DNA of 63,992 nt, counting the filler, from Olpidium bornovanus S191 (taxonomy: Eukaryota > Fungi > Olpidiomycota), in the NCBI GenBank assembly GCA_017911155.1. It is 32 parts of 32 records of this genome, joined end to end, with 100 filler letters (N's around TTAATTAATTAA, not from the genome) between each part and the next. Parts side by side here need not be neighbours in the genome. Positions count along the whole stretch, not along the records: positions 1 to 3,331 come from JAEFCI010012793.1; positions 3,432 to 5,879 come from JAEFCI010003619.1; positions 5,980 to 7,739 come from JAEFCI010003902.1; positions 7,840 to 9,768 come from JAEFCI010005344.1; 28 more parts are not named here. One strand, 5' to 3'. The notes beneath the pieces are model-generated. The model was not told the DNA's origin. It saw nothing but the letters and a program-made list of their open reading frames with translations, and made no database searches. The translations under genes were made by a program, and so were the position numbers. Position 1 is the first letter of the stretch, and each line of letters begins with the position of its first letter. Shown here piece after piece: positions 1-9,868 of this stretch.

Positions 1-2424
1 CATGTACTCGCCTTTCTCCTCCTTGGAGCGCGGCAGCGCCTCGCTGAACTTCGCCTCGGCCCTGCGGACGGCGTCCAGCTCGATGTCGGCCTCCTTGAGG
101 TTGCTCGCCAGCTCGTTCAGGCGCTCCTGCAACCGCAGGGAGTACTCCTTGTGCGCCGCGCGCGCGCCGGCTTGCTTCTCCCGCTCGTCCTCCAGCGCCC
201 TGGCGGCGGCGGCGGACTCCTCGCGCAGGGCCTCGGCGGCCGCGCGCTCGGAGTCCAGGTCGTCGGTCAGTCGGCGGATCTGCTTCTCGGCGGCGACGGC
301 GCCCGCGCTCAGGGCGTCGACCTTCGCCCGCAGGGCCGCGCGGTCCTCCTCCGCCGCGGCGGCCCTGGCGCCGGCGTCGGCGAGCTGTGGCCGGTACCAG
401 TCCAGGTCGCGGAGGGACGCCTGGAGGTCCTGGGCCAGCTGCTTCTTTTCGGCGGCAGCCTGGGCGGCCCGCTCCTCGGCCGCCGCCAGGCGGGAGCTGA
501 GGTCGTCGGTCTCGGCGCCGAGCCGCGACTCGGAGTCCGCGTGGCGGCGGACCTCCTTCTCCAGCCGCGACCTGGCCGCCTGCGCCGCCCGCAGCTGGTC
601 GTCCAGCTCCCGCTGCCGGGACGCGCCCTCCTCGACCTCCCGCGCAAGCGCCTGCTCCCGGGCCCGCGCCGCGTCGGCCTCGCCGCGCGCCAGCGCCTCC
701 CGGCGCCTGGCGTCCCCCGCGTCCCGCGACATCTGCTGCGCCGCCGACCTCAGCTCCGCCAGCTCGCGTGACAGCCCCGCGCCGGCCGCCCGCGCCGCCT
801 CGAGCTCGTCGGCGGCCTTCCGCTCCCGCTCTTCCGCCGCCCGCAGCCGGTCGAAGAGCGCGCCCTCCCTCTTCGCCGCCGCCTGCCGCTCCTCCTGCAG
901 CGCGTCCTCCGCGCCCTGGAGCTTGTCCTGGAGGGCGTCCGCCGCGCGCCGCGCCTCGTCCAGCTCCTGCCGCAGCTTCTCCTCGCGCGCCCGCGCGAAC
1001 TCCGAGCTCCGCGACAGCGCCGACCGCGCGTCGTCCGCGTCCTGCTCCAGGGCGTTCACCCGCGCGAGGGCGTCGTCCCGCTGCAGCGCGGCCGTCTTCT
1101 CCTTGGCCGCCAGCTCCTCGATGTAGCGGCGAGACTGGCGCTCCTTCTTCCTGAGGGCCTCCGCCTCCGCGGCCCGGTCCTTCGCCAGGGCGACGTACGG
1201 CCTGAGCTTCTCGACGTCCGCGGCCCTCAGCCCGATGACCTCGTCGCGCTTCCGGACGTCCGCCTCGCGGGCCGACAGCTGCTCCTCGAGGTGCAAGACG
1301 CGGGCGCAGAGCCGCGCGCTCTCCGCCCGGGCCTCCGCGACCTCGGCGCCCCGGCCCTCCAGCGAGTCGTGGGCGGCGGCCAGCTGCGCCTGGAGACCCG
1401 CCGCCCGCTCCTCGGCCTCCTTCCGCCTGCGCTCGCTCTCCGCAGCGTCAGCCCGCGCACCGGCCGCCTCCTTCTTCGCCGCCTCCGCCCGCTCGTCCCA
1501 CAGCTTCTCGGTGCGGTCGTAGTTCTTGAGCGCGGCCTCCAGCCGCCGGCCCAAGTGCGCCGCCTCCTCGGTCTTGTCGTACACCGCCTGCCGCAGCGCG
1601 CGCGCCTCGCACGCCAGCGCCAGCTCCATCGCCTTCGCCTCCCGCTCGTGCCGGCTCCGCGCCATATCCAGCTCGCGCTGCGCAGCGAAGTAAGCGTTCT
1701 CGATCTGCACGGACCTGGCCTTCTCCTCCTCCAGCATGACCAGCAGGCTCTTTGAGGAGTCTCTCCCGCCCTCCTTCCACCGTGCGTAGTGCTGGGAAAA
1801 GGAGGCGGAGGCGGAACTCGCACCGCCGCCGGACGTCGGGGACGTCGACGACGAAAATATGGCGGACGGGTCGCCGCCGCCGCCGCCTCCGCCCTCGAGG
1901 CTCTGTCGGCGGGAATCGAGGTCCCGGCCGCCGCCGCCGCCGCCGCCGCCGCCGGGGGCGGCCCTGCCGCTGAACAGGTTCCGGCTCTCCTTGCGGGCGC
2001 CGCCGGGCGATTTGAACGGCCGCCCGCCCGCTCCCGCTTCGGTGTCGGCTCCCGCGGCCGAACCCCGCCGCCGTTCGTTCGGCCGCCGGCAGCCGGCGGA
2101 GGACGACGGCGGCGGCGGCGGCGGCGCGCCCCCCTCCCCGCCGCCGGTCCTGCTCTCCTTGCCGTCCCGCCGTTGCGGTTCCGGCGAACTCCGCGAGGAG
2201 CGGAAGAAGAGGTGCTCCGCCGCGCCGGCGTCCCGCGACGACGACGGCGACCCCGACCGGGCCCTCGACAGGAACGGCGTCGAGCGGCGGCGGACGCTGG
2301 CGCCTCGCCAGAGGCTCGCTGCGGCGCCGTCGTCGTCCTGCGAAGCCGGGGCGCCGGCGCCGGCGTGCGCCGCCGACGGGGGTTGCGGCGGCGGCGGCGG
2401 CTCCGGCCGCGCGGAGAACCCGAA

Positions 2425-2456
<32 letters not shown>

Positions 2457-3329
2457 GGCTGGAGGAGGCGGCGATCCCTTCGGCCGAAACCGCGTCCTCG
2501 TCGTTCGGCCCCGCGGCAGGGCCGCCGCCCGCCTCCGAGGACGTCCCGTCGCCCGCCGCGGCGGCGTGCGTTCCGTCGGCCGGCGAGCCCTCCTTCTCCT
2601 CCTCCTCCTCCCTCCCGGCGAAAAACGAGGCGGCGGGCTTCCCGCCGGGTCGAAGCCGGCCGGCCTGCTGCTTCTGGCGGGGCACCAGGTGCCTGTCGAT
2701 CTGCCGGTGCCTGGTGTAGAGCTGCTGCCGCTCCCGCTCCAGCTCCCTCAGCCTCTCCAGCCTCGCCCCGCTGGCCGAGAGCGCCGGCTGCTGCCTATCG
2801 CCGTACAGCAGCTGCGTCGCCATCCCTGCGCGGGGGCGGGACGGGACGGGACGGGAGAGAAGGCGCCCGGGGCTTCTTCCCGCCGCCGCCAGACGCCGAT
2901 TTTTTTGAAAGGGTGCGAGACCTTTTTCCTTTTTTTTTTTTTTTTTTTTTTTTTGGGGAGCGGCCCGGCTACTACGCCGTCCGGGCCACACGAACGCTTT
3001 TGGAGCTGACGCCGCGAACCACCGCCCTTTGGGTGTTGGGAAACGGAGCCAGGGTCGTCGTTTTCTTTTTGCGAGGAGTTCGGCGACGGAGAATGCGAAT
3101 GCATCGTCACGGAAGCACGGTCCCAAATATTCTCGGTTGCGGAAAAATTAACCGATAACTCACTGGATTTTGGTGTGTCATCTTTGGTGACCTTCGCCAT
3201 CTCCTGAAGTGCGATCTCTTCCTGGGATGCAACCTCCTCCTGGGGTGCGGCCTCGGCGCTTTTGGTCGGAACCGTAATTCTGCGCTTTCGATGTTGTTTG
3301 CCTGGTCCGCGTCCACTTCGTTTTGGCAT
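1..3329 (-). CDS. Long coiled-coil protein, 3' partial, probably two exons
   Basis: A minus-strand frame from ATG 2823 (MATQLLYGDRQQ...) runs to position 1 (...EYSLRLQERLNELASNLKEADIELDAVRRAEAKFSEALPRSKEEKGEYM). The stretches I translated have no stop and show E/A/R/L heptad composition. It is missing from the ORF track because it runs off the edge. A probable upstream exon (MPKRSGRGPGKQHRKRR..., 3329 to about 2990) is separated by an intron-like segment ending in CAG. Confidence 0.8.
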
Positions 3330-3331
3330 GG

Positions 3332-3431
3332 NNNNNNNNNNNNNNNNNNNNNNNNNNNNNNNNNNNNNNNNNNNNTTAATTAATTAANNNNNNNNNNNNN
3401 NNNNNNNNNNNNNNNNNNNNNNNNNNNNNNN
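3332..3431. other. Artificial contig linker (44 N + TTAATTAATTAA + 44 N); first of 31
   Basis: The same 100-nt spacer, with stops in all six frames, starts at 3332, 5880, 7740, 9769, 12184, 13908, 17638, 19116, 21411, 22676, 24636, 27708, 28849, 30156, 31461, 34088, 35517, 37538, 39102, 40570, 42497, 43711, 45309, 46468, 47724, 50088, 52550, 53858, 56008, 59992 and 62376. Confidence 0.99.
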
Positions 3432-3462
3432 AAAAAAAAAAAAAACAAAAAAAAAAAAAAAA

Positions 3463-3509
<47 letters not shown>

Positions 3510-4403
3510 GCCCCCCCCCCCCGTTACCGCGCGCGCCCCCCCCCCCCCGCCCGTAGGTACGCCCCCGTAGGTACGTCCCCCGCGTTTCAGCAAAAGAGAT
3601 GGAAGCGAGCGGCGCCGCAGGCAGCGCCGCAAACGAGAGCGGGCGCGGGGAGGTGGGGCGCGGCGGTGACGGAAAGAGACAAACGACGGCCGCGGGAGGG
3701 AAGAAGAAATCCAGAAAGTGCCGCCGGTGCTGGCGCTTTTGGCAAGAAGACGCGCGGCCACCACCACACACCCACATGCACACACGCGCGCTCGCCCTTT
3801 CCCCAAACCCTCAAACCTTACTTTTTCCCCCAACCGGCCGAACTCCAGAGGTGAAACAACCGCCCCTTTCCGCGTTCCCCGACGCCCGCGCAGGCGCTCA
3901 CCCTGCGCGCGCCGCGCGCGTGCGCGGGAAAAAAAAAACCAGCCTCCCTGCATGCAAAAAAATGCCAGTGTTCGCTGCCCCCACGTCTGCACGGCGCTTT
4001 CGAACTACTCTATCGCGCGCGGGCCCGCCGTCACGGCGGGAACTCGCTAGAGCAGGAACAGGATGCCGCTTTTTCCAGCTCCTTGGCGCGAAAACCCCGC
4101 GTCGTCGACGGAGGAGGACCTTCTCGCTACGTTCGCTGTCGCGCGTCGAAAATTTTCAGACCTGCGCCCCCCTTGCCCCCCCCCCCCCCCCTACCGTCCG
4201 ACCCCGTCGAGTTGTCCTGCTGGCGCCGGCGGCACCGTCGAGTTCTCGCAGGATTTTTCCATGTCTCGACGCGACGACTTCGACCAACCTCGTTTTCGTT
4301 GCTCTCACGCTCTCCGCCTGTCCCGCGTTGGCCGCAGCACCCCGCGCAGCAGTTTTCGAGACTATTGCCAAGAAGATTTGGCCGACCTACCTAGATTCGC
4401 AAG

Positions 4404-5879
4404 ATGGCTGACCACGGTGACGACCTCATCGACTATGACGAAGACGAAACCCTCCAGCAGATTCAGTCCGATGCGCCAACTTCCGCAAACGGCGCTGCTG
4501 TGGGTGCTGTTACCCTCGGGGGTGTCCAGGACGGGGAAATCAACAAAGACAACAAGGGGAGCTACGTCGGGGTGCACTCCACCGGATTCAGAGATTTCCT
4601 CCTGAAGCCAGAGCTGTTGAGAGCGATCGTTGACTGCGGATTTGAACACCCAAGCGAAGGTGCGCGTTCAGAATACCTATTCCGTTGGTGCGCTTTTGCC
4701 ACACTCGTACCAAACGCGACGGTCATTACCTGTGCATTCGCTCGGATAAACAATGCTTTGTACCTTCTGCCTCTGAGAATGCTGCAGACGCGTACGCGTG
4801 TTTTTGTAATTTCGCCAAAGAGTCTTTTTAACGGGCGGGCTATCCTAATTTTTTTCACCGATCCCTCAGTGCAACAAGAGTGCATCCCTCAGTCAATCCT
4901 GGGGATGGACGTGTTATGTCAGGCAAAGTCCGGGATGGGTAAAACCGCCGTGTTTGTGCTGGCGACCCTTCAGCAGCTGGAGCCTGTCGACGGCGAGGTC
5001 TCCGTAATAGTTCTCTGCCACACCCGCGAGCTCGCTTTCCAGATCAAAAATGAGTATGCCCGCTTTCAAAAGTATATGCCGCAGGTCCGCACAGAAGTGT
5101 TCTACGGCGGGACGCCGATAAAGAAGGACATCGAAATTCTCAGAGACAAGGAGAAGTGCCCGCATATCATTGTCGGCACTCCTGGACGCGTTCTAGCCCT
5201 TATCAGGGAGAAAGCGCTGCGCTTGAGCAACATCAAACACTTTGTTCTCGACGAGTGCGATAAGATGCTGGAGTCGTTGGGTTTGTTTACATTGCTACTC
5301 TCTCCAGTCGCCTTGCAAATGGTGCTTCCGGTTTTTTGGTTGATGTCTCACATGCACAAGCTCCACCGGTTGTCGGTCGCCCATTATTCAGACATGCGCC
5401 GAGATGTGCAGGAGATCTTCCGGTCCACCCCGCACCACAAGCAAGTGATGATGTTTAGTGCTACTCTGAGCAAAGAATGCCGTCCGATATGCAAGAAGTT
5501 CATGCAACACGTGAGCGAAAGCGCTTTTCCTTTCATTTGACGGAAGGGATAGAAGCTAATTACCATACTCGTGGTTTTCATCCAACTTCAGCCTCTGGAG
5601 ATTTACGTTGACGACGAGGCCAAGCTTACGCTGCACGGTCTGCAACAGCACTACGTGAAGCTGCAGGAGTCGCAGAAAAACCGGAAACTCAACGACCTTC
5701 TCGACACGCTGGAATTCAACCAAGTTTGCATCTTTGTCAAGTCGGTTGCGCGGGCCAACCAGCTAAACCAGCTGCTGGTGGACTGCAATTTTCCGTCTAT
5801 CTGCATCCACTCGCAGATGCCGCAGGAGGAGCGAATTGCGCGGTACAAGAGTTTCAAGGACTTCAACAAGCGCATCATG
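4404..5879 (+). CDS. SUB2: DEAD-box RNA helicase Sub2/UAP56 (DDX39), 3' partial
   Basis: Motifs [57 protein letters not shown] and [25 protein letters not shown] introns at 4660-4869, 5281-5391 and 5511-5591 restore the frame. Confidence 0.98.
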
Positions 5880-6144
5880 NNNNNNNNNNNNNNNNNNNNN
5901 NNNNNNNNNNNNNNNNNNNNNNNTTAATTAATTAANNNNNNNNNNNNNNNNNNNNNNNNNNNNNNNNNNNNNNNNNNNNCATGGACGTTTCCTTGGGCGC
6001 CGTAGATGAACCCTCCTTCCGGTTCGGGCCCCGGCTGGAATTTTCTTTTTTTTATTTTTTTTTGCCATCCTGCCTGGCCCACACCGCCCTCCTTTTTCTT
6101 AAAACGGGATATGGGGGAAGGGGGAGGAGGAGACGAGCAGTGGG

Positions 6145-6177
<33 letters not shown>

Positions 6178-6193
6178 AAGAGTGGCTTAAAAC

Positions 6194-7739
6194 ATGATGC
6201 CCGGCGCCACCGAACATCCGCGCGACGCGAGCGCGTCGGCCACCGCTCCTGGGAAACTCCAGCGCGAGCGCGAGAAAGAGTTTCGGAAGACGCCCGATCG
6301 GCCCCAGAGCGGCCAACGTTCGTGGTCGCTTCCGCAGGGAACCGGGACGGAAATCGCGTGCGTTCCATTCCACCCACCCCGCGTCCTTTTCTCTCTCTCT
6401 ACCTCTCTTTCTCGCTATCTCTCTCTCTTTCTCTGTCTCTCTCTCTCTGTCTCTCTTTCTCTCTGTCTTATTCTCGCTCTCTGGAAGGAGAAGGAAAGGG
6501 GGGAGGAGGGGGGGGGGAGGAGGCCAGCAGGTCTGCTAGAGCTTTTCCTAACTCGCGTGCCGACCCGCCCCGCGTTTAATTCTGTCCTCCCGCCCGGCTT
6601 TGCAAAACGCAACACAGAAATTTCGAGGGGGTATTTGTAAAGTTGTCTGTCTTCGGCACAATATTCGAAGTTACGACGAGGTTGGCCTGCTCGAAGGAGC
6701 CTGTCGGACACTGAAGTGGCGTGCTCGGGGCGCGCGGTTGAATGCCATACGTTCTTTCGGCGCCCGAACAGGTACGCCGACCTTCAGCCCATTGGGATGG
6801 GCGCCTTTGGTCTCGTATGGTGAGGAGATATAAGAGATCCTGTCACACGTTGCATCCCGTGCAAATGCCGAAGGACAGTTGTCTAGGATACGGTTCTAAC
6901 GGGATGCGGCCGCCTTGTCTATGCACATCGTCGACGGGAAACCGTAGCGCTGCTGAGGATAAGATATCCGGCCAGGTACAGCATTCGCTTCCGCTGGTTT
7001 GACAAGGTGGTTGAAACGGGAATTTCTGAGCTTATGGGACTTCACGGCAACAGCAAGTCGCCATAAAAAAGATAATGAAACCGTTCACGACGGCAGTCTT
7101 GGCCAAACGTACATACCGCGAGCTGAAACTCCTCAAGCACCTCCAGCACGAGAACATTATTAGCCTCAGCGACATATTTATATCGCCGTTGGAGGATATT
7201 TACTTTGTCACTGCCTTGCTCGGCACTGATCTCCATAGGCTGATCACTTCTCGGCCGTTGGAAAGAAAGTTTGTTCAGTATTTTTTGTATCAGATACTCG
7301 TGAGTCTCTTTCCTGCACCCGATTTAGTTATGCTGGCGCAAAGCATGCTGGCGCGAAGCCAGTTTGATGATTCCGCGGTGGTTTTCAGCGTGGTTTGAAA
7401 TACGTTCACTCTGCTGGCGTTGTTCATCGGGACCTCGTAAGTGTGATCGCTTCATGTGAAGTTTTGTTTGATGACGCTGGACGAATCCAAAAAGGCGGTT
7501 ACCCGAGTATGCAGAAACCAAGCAACATTCTTGTGAACGAGCATTGCGACCTAAAGGTGCGGCGATTTCGTGATGTATCACTATCTGTTCTCAAAAGCCG
7601 CGGGGCTGTGGATAACGCTGCTAAGGGCGAGATCCACCCTTGTTACTCCAGATATGCGACTTCGGTTTAGCCCGGATTCAAGATCCTCAGATGACGGGCT
7701 ACGTATCCACGCGGTATTACCGGGCGCCCGAAATCATGC
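6194..7739 (+). CDS. HOG1: Stress-activated MAP kinase Hog1/Sty1 (p38 type), multi-exon, 3' partial
   Basis: Spliced translation [32 protein letters not shown]...[10 protein letters not shown]...[19 protein letters not shown]...[59 protein letters not shown], with a TGY activation loop. The start exon 6194-6357 is inferred; the conserved part begins at 6634. Confidence 0.97.
6390..6480. repeat. Imperfect (CT)n microsatellite
   Basis: CT/CTCTGT dinucleotide tract inside the inferred first HOG1 intron. Confidence 0.85.
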
Positions 7740-7839
7740 NNNNNNNNNNNNNNNNNNNNNNNNNNNNNNNNNNNNNNNNNNNNTTAATTAATTAANNNNN
7801 NNNNNNNNNNNNNNNNNNNNNNNNNNNNNNNNNNNNNNN

Positions 7840-8695
7840 AACGTTTACGGACGGAAATGTCCTCGCTTTGACATTAGGAGCTGTGACGAGGGCGCTAGGC
7901 AAAGCGGTCGACGAAGGCGGCGATCCCCTGGCGATGGCCGTTGCGCAGCGGGACGACATGATCGCCGAAGGCCGGCTGGCGGGCCACCAAGCGACAGGAA
8001 TCGACCTGACGCTTTACTCCAGCAATCGAGTCTTTCGAGTTTGCAGGGCTAGCAAGGCCGTGTGGCGGGCCGGGCTCGCCCCGGTGGTCATGGACGATGA
8101 CCAGGCCCCGCGTTTTCTTCGGCCGTGCCTCGTCACCGACTGGTGGCGGATACGCAGTAATCTCGCCGACCGGCTCCTCGAGCCCAGCGAGCTGCAGGCC
8201 ACTGTGCCGCGCGCCGACACGCGTCGCGCGTGGTTTAAGGCGTCGCTTATATGCAGACGAAAGCCTGACGCTGTGACATACCTCCCGCTGGCAGACGACG
8301 CTGTAGTGAGGACAACGGCTGCGCTCTTCCAAGAGGAACTCGCCGAGGACGAGGTGGTCACCGGCGACATTGAAAACGAACTGACTCGCGTTAGTTCAAC
8401 ATTTCCGCCCTTTAACGTTCGCCGGACGTTTCCGCCCTTTAACGTTCGCAAATCAGCCCGTGGTGGCGCACCGAATTCCCGACGGAGAGGTACGCCGTCG
8501 TCCGGAAGCGGGCGCGGCCGCCGACCGACGGCGCGCGCGCTCCGCGGCGCCGCGGTGCTTTTCCCCGCATCGAGAGGAGAACAATGTTTATCGATTTTGA
8601 CGAGGACGGGCGCGGCGGCCTGCTGCCGGCTTATTTCGCAAAAGTGGAAGAAGTATGGGTGGAGATTTTCCTTGGAGGGGGGCGCCGCGTGCTGA
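7840..8695 (+). CDS. PrimPol-like archaeo-eukaryotic primase fragment, 5' partial, intronless
   Basis: The frame is open from the contig start. GIDLTLYSSNRVFRVCRASK (8000-8056) resembles AEP motif III of PrimPol (VDLGVYTRNRNFRLYKSSK). The downstream FLRPCLVTD resembles PrimPol FLSSLVSN, and the upstream TFTDGNV falls where the post-motif-II segment is expected. Motifs I and II would lie off-contig. Confidence 0.6.
8402..8449 (+). repeat. Direct repeat, 21-bp identical core, 27-bp period
   Basis: TTTCCGCCCTTTAACGTTCGC at 8402-8422 and 8429-8449, translating to TFPPFNVRR/TFPPFNVRK. Confidence 0.95.
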
Positions 8696-8780
8696 GCACA
8701 GCGGAGGCCGCGCGCATGGAGACGAGACGCAGGTCTGCCGTGTCGCGCGTCGACACCCCGCGGCAGCGATACATGAAGGC

Positions 8781-9227
8781 GATGATGATCCTGCGGGACA
8801 TAGACATTGAAATGAGCATAATTATGATGTTTCTTACACTGCTTATAATGTTTGACTCTCAACTTATCATATCTGATATCGCCATTCTTGATAACTGTCC
8901 AATATACTATTTCCGTATGGTTTTATTTATGAACCTCATACCATCATCTATGATAGTAAATGTTCGTACTCTCGTCATTCGCGGTTTCAATATCGTGTTG
9001 CGGTAAAACGATTTACTATCAACTTGAACAACGTCTGAATCGAGCAACCAGTCGCTTTAAACTCTTTACGTTTACCAAGCACATAACGCATCAGCTCGAC
9101 CTCCTTGGTGTTACCCTGATCAAAATAGATTTTTTGAATCATCTCATATTCAACTTGAAATCTCACTAAATCTTCCAAAGTTATATTATTGACAACAAAC
9201 GTCTTTACCCACTATATCATTCGTGAA
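8781..9227 (-). pseudogene. Degenerate protein-primed family-B DNA polymerase fragment (Polinton/Maverick/PLV type)
   Basis: With frameshifts the minus strand reads FTNDIVGK/FVVNNITLEDLVRFQVEYEMIQKIYFDQGNTKEVELMRYVLGKRKEFKATGCSIQTLFKLIVN/SFYRNTILKP ... KHHNYAHF/SMSMSRRII. This follows the pPolB order LEDL..F..E...YF..G.N, R...K, KLIMNSxYGKTILKP, H...H.G..ILSMSKRIM. The segment is markedly AT-rich relative to its flanks. Confidence 0.7.
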
Positions 9228-9868
9228 ATTTCCAGAAAATACATCCGGGCGTGACATGGACATTCGCTTCCGACTCGCGGCGAGTGATTTACGCGCGTAA
9301 ATGTCCGCGTCGCGACGTTTACGGCGGTTAACGTCCGGCGACACCAGGACCCGGGGCCCGGCGGTGACGAACGGGGAAAGCTCCTTGAAGCCCAGGAGGC
9401 CTGCAGCGAGAGATCCGCGTCCTAAAAGATGCGTCGTGTGCGCGAATCGACGGCGTATCGGGCGAAAGCGTCCTGCTGATGTTCGAGGACGAAGGGCTGA
9501 TCATTTACGTTTCCCCAGACTTCCCCGTTTTCGTTGCCCTCGGCGGACATTTCGTGAGGCTTGCAAACATAAACCAAAAGACGCCCGTCTTTTGCTCGCG
9601 GCACGAGCGCGGGACGGGCCATCACCCGTCGGCGTTCGTGGGCTTGCTTATCCAGACGCCGGATTCTATACTGCTCGGTGTGCGCGCAGCCCGCTGGCCG
9701 CGGGCACGTTTTGCGGGAAATGGAACCCCCGGAAAAAGGCGAAGAAGGACTGCTGGCGATGGGCATGTNNNNNNNNNNNNNNNNNNNNNNNNNNNNNNNN
9801 NNNNNNNNNNNNTTAATTAATTAANNNNNNNNNNNNNNNNNNNNNNNNNNNNNNNNNNNNNNNNNNNN

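Noticed and set aside
2-2719. Long + strand ORFs (2-1126, 1789-3009, 1859-2719)
   Set aside because: Antisense shadows of the GC-rich minus-strand coiled-coil gene; S/A/R-rich with no domain.
3376-3387. Recurrent TTAATTAATTAA as a biological repeat or CRISPR-like array
   Set aside because: It is always centred in exactly 88 Ns and encodes stops in all frames, so it is a concatenation linker.
8014-8862. 282-aa minus-strand ORF as an independent gene
   Set aside because: Its first ~16 residues belong to the frameshifted PolB remnant; the rest is antisense to the primase-like ORF.
9303-9410. RRHQDPGPGGDERGKLLEAQEAC as a J-domain remnant
   Set aside because: There is no HPD and no preceding helix pattern, so the similarity is too weak.
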